Origin: Acidobacteriota bacterium
GTDB lineage: Bacteria; Acidobacteriota; UBA6911; JACQSX01
Direction: 5' to 3'
DNA: 19,634 nucleotides
Assembly (NCBI GenBank): GCA_036507075.1
Contig: DASXQR010000131.1
Span: 1 to 19,634, forward strand
Under the pieces are notes generated by a model, which was given only the letters and a program-made list of their open reading frames with translations, made no database searches and was not told the DNA's origin. This document shows positions 1-7,275 of the stretch, piece by piece (positions within the stretch are counted from its first letter, which is position 1; each line of letters begins with the position of its first letter). Made by a program: the position numbers and the translations under genes.

Positions 1-384
1 GTGGCAGTCACGCTCACTCCCTCGTCGGACTCTGACATCAAGATTGAGGTGTGGCTGCCGGCCGCATCCTGGAACGGGAAGTTCCAGGCGGTCGGCAACG
101 GCGGCTGGGCGGGGGCCATCAGCTATGGCGCGCTGGCCTCATCACTACAGGAGGGTTACGCGACGGCATCGACGGATACGGGACACACGGGCGGGAATGC
201 GGCGTTTGCAATCGGACATCGGGAAAAAGTCATCGATTTCGCGTATCGAGCCGTCCACGAGATGGCAGTGAAGTCGAAAGCCATCATCGGCGCGTTCTAC
301 GATCGCGCCCCACGGTTCTCGTACTGGACTGCGGCGTCGCAACACAAGCGAGAAAAGCGACCCAAGGAGAGGCAGGTAACATGA
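1..384 (+). pseudogene. Tannase/feruloyl esterase family alpha/beta hydrolase, 3'-truncated (also runs off the left edge of the window)
   Basis: Motifs IKIEVWLP-WNGKF-GNGGWAG-GYATASTDTGH-DFAYRAVHEM-PRFSYW are typical of this family. Similarity stops at about base 330, just before the expected G-C-S-x-G-G nucleophile motif. The remaining AASQHKREKRPKERQVT is unrelated read-through. Confidence 0.85.
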
Positions 385-653
385 AGAAGAGCCGGTCGAA
401 GAAAGCCGAGTCTCCATCTGAGGTAATAGACGCGAGAATCGAGGATCTGGGCGACTGGAGGGGCGAGATGCTCTCCCGGCTCCGCGCCCTGATCAAGGAG
501 GCAGACCCCGAAGTGGCGGAGGAGTGGAAGTGGGAGAATCCAGTCTGGTCGCACAACGGGCTGATCTGCACCGGCGAGACGTACAAGAATGTCGTGAAGA
601 TGACCTTCGCCAAGGGAGCCTCCCTGAAGGACCGGAGCGGTCAAAGAGGGTAG
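381..653 (+). pseudogene. DUF1801 (YdhG-like) domain protein, C-terminally truncated
   Basis: ATG at 381 follows AAGGAGAGG. IDARIEDLGDWRGEMLSRLRALIKEADPEV-EEWKW-PVWSHNGLICTGETYKNVVKMTFAKGASLKD fits the family. The usual LFNSSLEGN... continuation is replaced by a repeat element at about 630-640. Confidence 0.8.
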
Positions 654-904
654 CCCGGGGCAGAGCGCGTTTTTGCGCGTCGCCCCGGGTTAAGAACCAC
701 GCGTGAAGTAAAACCCCGGAAGGGGTTGCATAATTTGGTTTCGGAAAAATGCATGTTGGCCGGTTGATCTGAGATATGTCTTGGGATTGAACCTGGCCTA
801 TTGGACCCCGCCGGGGTCCACGTTTGATTGTGATCATCGACCCGGGGCGTCGCGCAAAAAACACGCTCTGCCCCGGGCTATTCTATTTGACCACTCCGCG
901 GTCC
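629..904. repeat. REP/REPIN-like or MITE-like palindromic element with about 62-65 bp imperfect inverted arms
   Basis: Bases 629-690 (GGACCGGAGCGGTCAAAGAGGGTAGCCCGGGGCAGAGCGCGTTTTTGCGCGTCGCCCCGGGT) are close to the reverse complement of 840-904. Each arm is itself a hairpin. Internal hairpins lie at 712-727 (AACCCC-GGAA-GGGGTT) and 802-820 (TGGACCCC-GCC-GGGGTCCA). Confidence 0.85.
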
Positions 905-952
905 TGTCGCCCCTTCAACGTTTTCGGATAGCCCCGAATGTAGAAACTCCAG

Positions 953-992
953 GGTAAGGCTATGCCTTGCCTAAAATTTTTTTTCGCAGATT
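953..992 (+). repeat. Degenerate copy of repeat family R1 (GGYAAGGC-N3-GCCTTGCC hairpin plus AAAATTTT.TTTCGCAGA)
   Basis: GGTAAGGCTATGCCTTGCCTAAAATTTTTTTTCGCAGATT matches 7829-7866 and 19392-19430. Confidence 0.75.
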
Positions 993-1167
993 TCCAGGAC
1001 CGCCGGTATGGTGACAGGCATCAATGTTTTCTATTCTGATCACTGTTCTCTTGCATGCACTGGAAAACTTGTGGGAAGGTACGTCATTGCCAGATTATGT
1101 AAAGCCCGGCCGGGGAAATCCGGTCCGGGCATACTGAGCCCGACTGCAGCTGCTGCTCAGCTGAGTT

Positions 1168-1956
1168 GTTAAACGGCTTCAACAACTAGCAATGTCCGAT
1201 TGGGCTCGCGAGTACTTTGAGCGTGGCTATGCGCAGCGGTGGGGTCTGCCGCCCGTGTCGGATCAGATTCGGTTGGAAGTGAGGGCCCTTTGGGATCAAC
1301 TCCAGCTCACGCCGAAGTCGCGGGTTATCGACATCGGTTGTGGACATGGAAGACATGCGCTCGCGTTGGCAGAATGCGGTCCTGCTGTTGTCGGGGTCGA
1401 CCTCGCCGGCGCGCTCTTGACGCGGGCGCAGGTCCTTGCGGCCGACCTTGGAGTTCAGACTCATTGGATCCGGGGCGACATGCGACGACTGCCACTTCGA
1501 TCCAGGTCCTTCAGCGCCGCCGTCCTGATCGACGCTTTCGGATTCTTCGAGACGGAGGAAGAGAATGAAGCGGTATTGGGTGAGGCCGCGCGCGTGCTGG
1601 TCCCTGGCGGGCGCTTTGGGCTGAAGGTCGTAAACGGCAGGAGGGTTCTCGCCAGCTTTCGCAAGGCCGATCGTGAAGAGCGCGAAGGAGTCATCGTTAC
1701 CATCTCGCGGACGCTCGCATTAGAACCGCCACATATGACCGAGAGAGTCACCGTGAGCGGGGCGCGCGGTAACGGGGAATACGAACGACACCAGCGCCTC
1801 TATAGCGCCGAGGAACTGCGCCACGCCGTTGCGCGCGCCGGATTCCGCTCTCTGCGAGTGTTCGGAAGTCCCGCCGGCGCGCCGTTCGAACCAGAGGCTT
1901 CCCCAGCGATGTTGGTATTCGGCCAGCGCAGCGATGCACCGTCCAACAAGCCGCTG
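1168..1956 (+). mobile_element. Probable integron gene-cassette remnant carrying the methyltransferase
   Basis: GTTAAAC (GTTRRRY core) at 1168-1174 follows CAGCTGAG. GTCCAAC (RYYYAAC inverse core) followed by AAGCCGCTG is at 1941-1956. GTTAAACGG and CCGTCCAAC pair over 9 bp on the bottom strand with two G.T wobbles. No obvious RBS precedes the ATG. Confidence 0.5.
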
Positions 1957-1974
1957 ACCGTACGTGCCTCGTGA
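1192..1974 (+). CDS. Class I SAM-dependent methyltransferase
   Basis: Motif I VIDIGCGHGRH, then VVGVDL, GDMRRLP, AFGFF and EAARVLVPGGRF. 260 aa, intact. Confidence 0.92.
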   Translation: MSDWAREYFERGYAQRWGLPPVSDQIRLEVRALWDQLQLTPKSRVIDIGCGHGRHALALAECGPAVVGVDLAGALLTRAQVLAADLGVQTHWIRGDMRRLPLRSRSFSAAVLIDAFGFFETEEENEAVLGEAARVLVPGGRFGLKVVNGRRVLASFRKADREEREGVIVTISRTLALEPPHMTERVTVSGARGNGEYERHQRLYSAEELRHAVARAGFRSLRVFGSPAGAPFEPEASPAMLVFGQRSDAPSNKPLTVRAS

Positions 1975-1980
1975 GAATTC

Positions 1981-2205
1981 ATGGACACCATTAGACCGGC
2001 AAATCGGGAAGTGGTCAGCCTTGACGCTTGTGGTGCTGGCAGTATGTACATCACAACCGGCACAATTTGGCTGGTGTCGAACCTTGACTCAGCGATGGTT
2101 CTAAGGCTTCAGCCGAGCGAGCCGTACCTGACGATCATGGAAACACTTATGCTCCTGATGAATCCGGCTTTGGTTACGCAGGTTTTTCTGTCGGGTGGTG
2201 CGTAG
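1981..2205 (+). pseudogene. Frameshifted N-terminal fragment of a hypothetical membrane protein
   Basis: Joining two frames gives IGKWSALTLVVLAV / YITTGTIWLVSNLDSAMVLRLQPSEPYLTIMETLMLLMNPALVT, that is two hydrophobic helices, after which the similarity I recognise ends. Family recognised from memory only. Confidence 0.4.
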
Positions 2206-2267
2206 GCGCATAGCGAAACCGAAAAAGAAGTCCCAGGCGAGCGGGGCGGCTGAGGAGACGATTGTGC

Positions 2268-2302
2268 ATCGACGGGGAGTTGTCTTGAAGGGGATCTCCA
2301 GT
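2268..2302 (+). repeat. 35-bp direct repeat A, copy 1 (partner at 7931-7965)
   Basis: ATCGACGGGGAGTTGTCTTGAAGGGGATCTCCAGT versus ATCGACAGGGATTTGTCTTGAAGGGCATCTTCAGT, 31/35 identical by hand alignment. Confidence 0.9.
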
Positions 2303-2326
2303 GGAACAATATAAGGAGGCATCATC

Positions 2327-2593
2327 ATGTTGAGAGCTCGTAATCGGGTCATTGTCCTGGCCAGTCTTGCAGGTGTGATCGTTGGAGTCGTAGTAACTCT
2401 CATGTCACAAGGCGGGGCGCCGGCATTGCAGTCCCGGGACGCTCGGCGAGTGATTCGTCCGGAGAGGTCTCCCAACACGGGACTTCCCTACAGTCCGGGG
2501 ATTCTTGTCGGTAACACGCTCTACCTGTCCGGCCACCTTGGACGCGATCCGGTTACGGCCAAACTGGTTCCCGGCGGAATCGAAGCCGAGACC
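2327..2593 (+). pseudogene. RidA/YjgF/YER057c/UK114 family protein, N-terminal half with a hydrophobic leader
   Basis: Strong RBS TAAGGAGG. LPYSPGILVGNTLYLSGHLGRDP...LVPGGIEAET is the Rid N-terminal signature. Similarity breaks after AET at about 2593. Confidence 0.85.
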
Positions 2594-2605
2594 CTGGTCC
2601 AGTCG

Positions 2606-2665
2606 CTAGCGCTTGACTGCGATCATCTGCAACTCGATTCGCGCGCCGTTGTTCAGTGCGGCAAC
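2606..2665 (-). pseudogene. Inverted C-terminal end of a RidA-family gene
   Basis: The minus strand translates VAALNNGARIELQMIAVKR*, matching the Rid C-terminal pattern V..L..GA.(I/V)E(I/L)..IA. Confidence 0.8.
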
Positions 2666-2722
2666 GCGAGCGCCGCCGCTTCGCGGCGCAGCAGCCGAGG
2701 TCGTTGATCGTAGGCCCACAGA

Positions 2723-2979
2723 TCAATCGGCCATTGCCACGTGCGCGGTTGCGCACCACTCTGATAATGACTCGATCAACACCCGGAACGCGGTCTGCGC
2801 GCTGACGCGCCCCTCGACGTACGGTGTCAAGTGCGTTTCGACTGGCACTCCAGAGATTTCCAGCTCCGGTCGAAGAGCCCGGTCGCGTACAAGTAGGGTT
2901 CGTACTGGACGCCACTGCGCCGCCAGCTCCGAACGCCATACCTCACCCGTGATGTAAAAGAGGACAGGTGCCAAAGAGT
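2723..2979 (-). pseudogene. Multiply frameshifted C-terminal fragment of a conserved hypothetical protein
   Basis: Allowing three 1-nt indels it reads TLWH[A]VLFYITGEVWRSELAAQ-GVQYEPYLYATGLFDRSWKSL[R]VPVETHLTPYVEGRVSAQTAFRVLIESL, a protein-like sequence I recognise from memory. No 5' part is present. Confidence 0.55.
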
Positions 2980-3039
2980 AAAATCAACAGCCTCCTCTCT
3001 TGTGGGTTCCGACCCGTCGTCGCTGTGTCATGCCCACCA

Positions 3040-4551
3040 TCATTGCTTGCGAGTGCCTTCTATCTGACCCATCTTGACGCTCACTGCTCGACCAGAGCTA
3101 TCGCGTGTGAAAACAACATTCAATCCGGTCGTACTAAAGAAGGCATTGGCACTTGAGGGATACAGTTCGGTCTTGGGGTAAGAGCCCAACCCTTTGAGCT
3201 CGGCGAACAATTGTTCGCCGTCGCGCGAGATTTCGTAGACAACCGGCTGACCGGATGGTGCCGGCGGCAACGAATAGGTGCCGACCAAGCCGTCCAATTG
3301 TGTGGAGGTAAGCGGCACAACTTCGCGCACAGATTGCGCACGGGCTGGCCACTGATATTCGGCGGCAACGCTCATGATCAATTCACCGATCAGCGCATCG
3401 GCCCGATCTGCATTCGCCATGATCACGGCGCCTTTGCCAATTGCCGGAAACATCACGACCAACGCTCGGAAGCCCCAGATTGACCCTCCATGGAAGAAAC
3501 TGAGAGCTTGTCCTGTTCCTTGAATGTTCACACCCAAGCCAAACGGTGGCTTCTGAATGGTGAGCATTTCTGTAGCGATCTTCTTCGAGAGCAGCTTACT
3601 CGAACGTCCGCTCCAGGCGTTGGTGATTTCGAGCGCCCATTTCGCGAGGTCGGTAGGCGTCGTCCAGAGTCCGGCTGCTGCCATCTCCGGCTGAATCGGC
3701 CATCTGCCTCTAACCACCACGCCTTCGCCATCGTGGCCGCTGGCCGCCTCATTGGTACGAACGCCGGGCAGCGGCTGCTCATATGTACTCACGGCCATGC
3801 CGACAGGCTCGAGCACCAGTAGTCTCATCAAGTCGGGAAATGGTCTGCCGGTCACATCCATTAAGAGCTGCTGCATCACGACAGCCCCGCCACCGGAGTA
3901 CCGCGAGATAGAACCCGGAGTCACATCCACGCGAATCGGCGGATTATTGGCTGGTTTCTCGCCGTTCAAGATCTGCAAAAGGGTGGGAATCGGTTCGCCC
4001 GACCTGTAACCATCAAAACTGCCCACCGTGAGTCCTGCGCTGTGACTTAAGATTCTGCGGAGCGTCACCTTTTCCTGAACCTGGAATTCGTTGTCTGGTA
4101 GTTTCCAGGACTTGAGGTAGGTGTTTGGATGCTCGTCGAGTGACAGGCGGCCGGAATCCACCAGGACCAGCGTGGCCGTCGCCGCAACGGCTTTGCTGAT
4201 TGACTGGGCTTGGAACAGTGTCGATGCCGTCACTGAATCGGCCTTACCGGCTTCCTTGACGCCAAACCCGCCCGCCCATGCGAGCCGTCCATCATCGATA
4301 ACGGCGACGCTCACGCCAGGCACGTGGTGCGACGCCATCCGTTCCGCTATCGTCCAGCGCACCTCAGGCCTGCCCTTAATCGCGACCGGCGGTCGCAACC
4401 CATGCAAAACGCGTTCAATACGCGCGTCGTTGACCTTCTGGGCAAGAGGCTGCTCTCTGACCACGGCGAACGATGTGACGACGCATGCGTTCAAGATCAG
4501 GAGTGCTAATTTCTTGGCACTGAGGATCGCGGCTTTGGCTGTGGAATCCAT
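3040..4551 (-). CDS. Secreted serine hydrolase, beta-lactamase class C / AmpC-like family, with a C-terminal DUF3471-like domain
   Basis: LFQAQSISK (SxxK), LSHSAGL, YSGGG, AAAGLWTTPTDLA and FFHGGS. The C-terminal LDGLVGTY...LYPSSANAFF...VVFTRDSSGRAV resembles DUF3471. N-terminal hydrophobic signal, RBS AAGGAG. Confidence 0.92.
   Translation of the reverse strand: MDSTAKAAILSAKKLALLILNACVVTSFAVVREQPLAQKVNDARIERVLHGLRPPVAIKGRPEVRWTIAERMASHHVPGVSVAVIDDGRLAWAGGFGVKEAGKADSVTASTLFQAQSISKAVAATATLVLVDSGRLSLDEHPNTYLKSWKLPDNEFQVQEKVTLRRILSHSAGLTVGSFDGYRSGEPIPTLLQILNGEKPANNPPIRVDVTPGSISRYSGGGAVVMQQLLMDVTGRPFPDLMRLLVLEPVGMAVSTYEQPLPGVRTNEAASGHDGEGVVVRGRWPIQPEMAAAGLWTTPTDLAKWALEITNAWSGRSSKLLSKKIATEMLTIQKPPFGLGVNIQGTGQALSFFHGGSIWGFRALVVMFPAIGKGAVIMANADRADALIGELIMSVAAEYQWPARAQSVREVVPLTSTQLDGLVGTYSLPPAPSGQPVVYEISRDGEQLFAELKGLGSYPKTELYPSSANAFFSTTGLNVVFTRDSSGRAVSVKMGQIEGTRKQ
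4502..4521. promoter_or_regulatory. Putative operator for the BlaI-family repressor, inside the 5' coding region of the serine hydrolase
   Basis: AGTGCTAATTTCTTGGCACT is an imperfect palindrome with core TGCYAA-N4-TTRGCA, matching the two sites at the repressor start. Confidence 0.65.
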
Positions 4552-4605
4552 ATACGCTCCTTACGATTCAAAATGGCTTTAGTCAGCGGTCTCGGTTATC
4601 GCGAG

Positions 4606-6564
4606 CTATCGACGTCGCAAATGGATGTCACCATTGACCGTCGTCGCTACAAGCGCGAGGCCGCCCCCGCCGATGATGGTGTGAACGATTCTCGGCGCGC
4701 CGGGACCACCCGGACGATCGCCAGAAGGAAGTACCGGAGTGCTGTCGTAAATTGGGAAATCGGCATCGATCGATCCCGTGATTACATTCGCCCTGAACTC
4801 CACGCCATCGCCCGGAGCCAAGCGGAGTGCGATGTCGCCTTCCACCGTTGCCACATTCACATCCGCTCGCACACGGCTGATTTCAATGTCTCCGCGAATC
4901 ATGCTGCCGGCAAAGCGAACGCCAGCGGGGATCTGCACCACGAAATCGACACGATCGTCGATCAATTGCGCGCTCGCGGCTCGACGGCCTGGCTGGCACG
5001 CGCTCTGGTCTCCCTGTGGAGTCGACACGACGCTGCAGATCGTGATTCCCGTGTCGCGTTGCACCACGTCGATACGATCGCGGGCCGAATCATCGGTGCG
5101 CGCGTCGATCTGGATCAGCCCGTTGTTGCTCGGGATCGTCCGAATCGAGCCATACAAGCCACGGACTTCGAGGGTTTCCCCCTCATTAAGAGTCCCAGTC
5201 CACTGAAACGAGTGCGCCTGTGACGGTCGCTGTATGGCGATGGTGTTGAGTGACCCGACACGTGTCGTCCTGCCAGCTCTGGCTCCGCCAAGCAGTCGCA
5301 GCCCGCTGTGCGTGCGGCTGTCTTGCTGATCCTCCTGCATGTGAATGACGCCAGTTATCGGCCGTTTTGCGGTCGCTATGGAGTCACCCGCGAGGTTGTC
5401 GGACCAGCTGCCGGCGACCGCCGGCGGCACTGCGACCGATCGGATGGTCGGGAATGCTGAGGCATGCGCGTCGGATGTGCCTGGGACTTGGCGTCGCACG
5501 ACGGTGGGCGGTCCCAGTTCGACAGCCGTGATAGGGATCGACATTAGCACTACTGCCGCCATGACTGCGACGCGCCCGAAACGTGTAGGCGATCGCGAGA
5601 CCTGCGGATCGAGGATCGCCTTCAGTCGTTCCTCCAACTGCGAGCGGTAGGCCATCGGCAGTCCAACCGATGCTGGGAGCCAGCGGGGTTCCATGGCCCG
5701 CGCAATTTCGACCAGGTGGCGCGCGTACTCGGAACCCTTGGTACCAGTCGTGAGGACGGCGTCATCGCATGCACGTTCGCGCTCGGCACGGAGGCAGCGG
5801 GCCGCTATCCAGACGAGCGGATTGAACCAATAGCCGGCGCAGACCAACTGCGCGACCGCTTGCGTGAGGGCGTCCCGCCGCCTGACGTGTGCCAGTTCGT
5901 GCAGCACGACGATGCGGAGGCGTTCTTGCGGCCACGTGCGGGCGTCTCGCGGCAGCACGATCGTCGGGCGCCAGAGCCCGCAGACCACAGGCATGGCTGC
6001 CGTCGGTGATTCGACAAACGCGACGCCGCGGATCTCGAGATCTGTCGCCAGCGTCTGCGCTGTGTCCGTCCAAGATGTTTCGAACTGTGTGGCTAACCGG
6101 CGGAGGCGCCATGCGGCGACAAATCCGAGTACTGTGTAGAGAAGAACGGCAGTCGTGCCGATGATCCACACGGTCGCTACGATTCCCGTATGCGGCAACT
6201 GATCGGACTGTGCTGTCGTCAATGGGCTCGCAGGCGTGACGTGTCGATCGAGAGACATCGGTTCTGATGTCGGCCTACTGATTGCACGTGAATCCCGCGG
6301 CTCCGAGGCGATGGCATCCGGTACTGAATGTGTGACTACTAAAGCCACAGGTGCGAATGGTGCGGGTGAAGGCAACTGCCACGGCGGCAGCATCACGATC
6401 ATCAAGGGCACAAGCGCCGCCGCGACAATCGCACACGCCCAGAGGAAATGGCGCGTCGACGCGGACGCGCGGCGCAGCAATGCGGTCAGCCCCCAGACGA
6501 AGCCGAGCAACAGGCTCGCTCGCACGGTGCAGCCGATGAAGAATGGGAGCAGCTCGGTTGTCAC
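4606..6564 (-). CDS. BlaR1/MecR1-like M56 metallopeptidase with a C-terminal DUF4097-like beta-strand domain
   Basis: LRRASASTRHFLW, PVVCGLWRPTIVLP, VLHELAHVRRRD (HExxH), YWFNPLVW, ERERACDDAVL and LEERLKAIL. C-terminal repeats VRGLYGSIR, SMIRGDIEI, ATVEGDIAL and TTVNGDIHLRR. GTG start lies directly after the repressor stop. Confidence 0.92.
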   Translation of the reverse strand: MTTELLPFFIGCTVRASLLLGFVWGLTALLRRASASTRHFLWACAIVAAALVPLMIVMLPPWQLPSPAPFAPVALVVTHSVPDAIASEPRDSRAISRPTSEPMSLDRHVTPASPLTTAQSDQLPHTGIVATVWIIGTTAVLLYTVLGFVAAWRLRRLATQFETSWTDTAQTLATDLEIRGVAFVESPTAAMPVVCGLWRPTIVLPRDARTWPQERLRIVVLHELAHVRRRDALTQAVAQLVCAGYWFNPLVWIAARCLRAERERACDDAVLTTGTKGSEYARHLVEIARAMEPRWLPASVGLPMAYRSQLEERLKAILDPQVSRSPTRFGRVAVMAAVVLMSIPITAVELGPPTVVRRQVPGTSDAHASAFPTIRSVAVPPAVAGSWSDNLAGDSIATAKRPITGVIHMQEDQQDSRTHSGLRLLGGARAGRTTRVGSLNTIAIQRPSQAHSFQWTGTLNEGETLEVRGLYGSIRTIPSNNGLIQIDARTDDSARDRIDVVQRDTGITICSVVSTPQGDQSACQPGRRAASAQLIDDRVDFVVQIPAGVRFAGSMIRGDIEISRVRADVNVATVEGDIALRLAPGDGVEFRANVITGSIDADFPIYDSTPVLPSGDRPGGPGAPRIVHTIIGGGGLALVATTVNGDIHLRRR

Positions 6565-6565
6565 G

Positions 6566-6961
6566 TCACATTCCTTCCTTCCGTGCGCGCTCGATCATCT
6601 CCGCGAGACGGTCCCAATCCTCAGCGGACAATTGCTTCGAGTCTTCATGAAGCAGCGCGACAATTGCCTGGGTTGTCGACCCCTCGAAAAACGTGTTCAG
6701 CACGTGGCGGAGCGCAGAACCTTTCGCGCGCTCTCGCTCGATGACGGGTCTGTAAACGTATCGCGTTCCCTCCTCTTCGTGGCGCACGTGACCCTTGTCC
6801 TCGAGGATACGCAGCAGCGTCCGAACGGCCGAGTAACTCGGTGCCCGTGGTATGGCTTGGCGAACTTCCGCCGCCGTGGCACTTCCAGCCCGGTAGAGCG
6901 CATCTAGGATCTGTCGTTCGCGACGGCTGAGGTCCGGCTGTGCCAATTTTTTAGCGGACAT
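6566..6961 (-). CDS. BlaI/MecI/CopY family transcriptional repressor
   Basis: LSRRERQILDALY...ATAAEV...SYSAVRTLLRILEDKGHV...RYVYRP...LNTFFEGS, located directly upstream of an M56 gene. Confidence 0.95.
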   Translation of the reverse strand: MSAKKLAQPDLSRRERQILDALYRAGSATAAEVRQAIPRAPSYSAVRTLLRILEDKGHVRHEEEGTRYVYRPVIERERAKGSALRHVLNTFFEGSTTQAIVALLHEDSKQLSAEDWDRLAEMIERARKEGM

Positions 6962-6996
6962 GCCAAAAAATTAGCATTCGGTAAAGTTGTCGTCAA
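6941..6996 (-). promoter_or_regulatory. Sigma70-type promoter (probably leaderless transcript) with tandem palindromic operators
   Basis: On the minus strand: TTGACG (6991-6996), a 17-nt spacer, TG-n-TAATTT (6968-6973), 6 nt, then ATG. There is no RBS. Palindromes TGCCAAAAAATTAGCA (6961-6976) and TGCCAATTTTTTAGCG (6941-6956). Confidence 0.7.
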
Positions 6997-7003
6997 GAGA
7001 TTT

Positions 7004-7030
7004 TGGCGAGCCGCGTGGGAATCGAACCAC
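7004..7030 (-). other. tRNA 3'-end-like remnant (possible att scar)
   Basis: Minus strand GTGGTTCGATTCCCAC-GCGGCTC-G-CCA: T-loop, 7-nt acceptor strand, discriminator and CCA. No matching 5' half is present upstream. Confidence 0.4.
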
Positions 7031-7076
7031 CGCGGCAGATTGAAGAACCCTCATTTCGGGCGAGAGTGCTTTAAAA

Positions 7077-7274
7077 CTACGTCGCCTCCACTGTCGCGAT
7101 CGCAGTCTCAAGCTGGTTGTCCTTGCCCCTTCGAAGTCCGTCCGCTGACAGCGGCACATCGACATCCGGTTCTACGCCCCGACCTTCGACGATAGCGCCC
7201 CGCCACGTGTACCAGCCGGCGGAAGGAAAGCGCAGCACGAATCCATGGCCGACCGAGAAGTTACCGCCGCCGAG
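7077..7274 (-). pseudogene. C-terminal fragment of an S41 family (tail-specific/CtpA-like) peptidase
   Basis: LGGGNFSVGHGFVLRFPSAGWYTWRGAIVEGRGVEPDVDVPLSADGLRRGKDNQLETAIATVEAT*. The EG.GV.PD..V and D.QL..A motifs match. An in-frame stop lies 11 codons upstream and there is no start codon. Confidence 0.8.
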
Positions 7275-7275
7275 C

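Noticed and set aside
51..380. First 110 aa of the 200-aa ORF 51..653
   Set aside because: This is an alternative frame of the tannase fragment. The real gene starts at ATG 381 after an RBS.
1104..1130. GC hairpin GCCCGGCCGGGGAAATCCGGTCCGGGC as a terminator
   Set aside because: There is no convincing U tract and no intact gene ends next to it.
3040..4551. Calling the serine hydrolase ampC, that is a true resistance gene
   Set aside because: It has YSG instead of YxN, HGG instead of KTG and an extra C-terminal domain, so only a family-level call is supported.
4573..6907. Long antisense ORFs (4573..5223, 6236..6907, and similarly 11309..11905, 15408..16166, 18158..18688)
   Set aside because: These are shadow ORFs opposite well-supported genes in GC-rich DNA and show no recognisable motifs.
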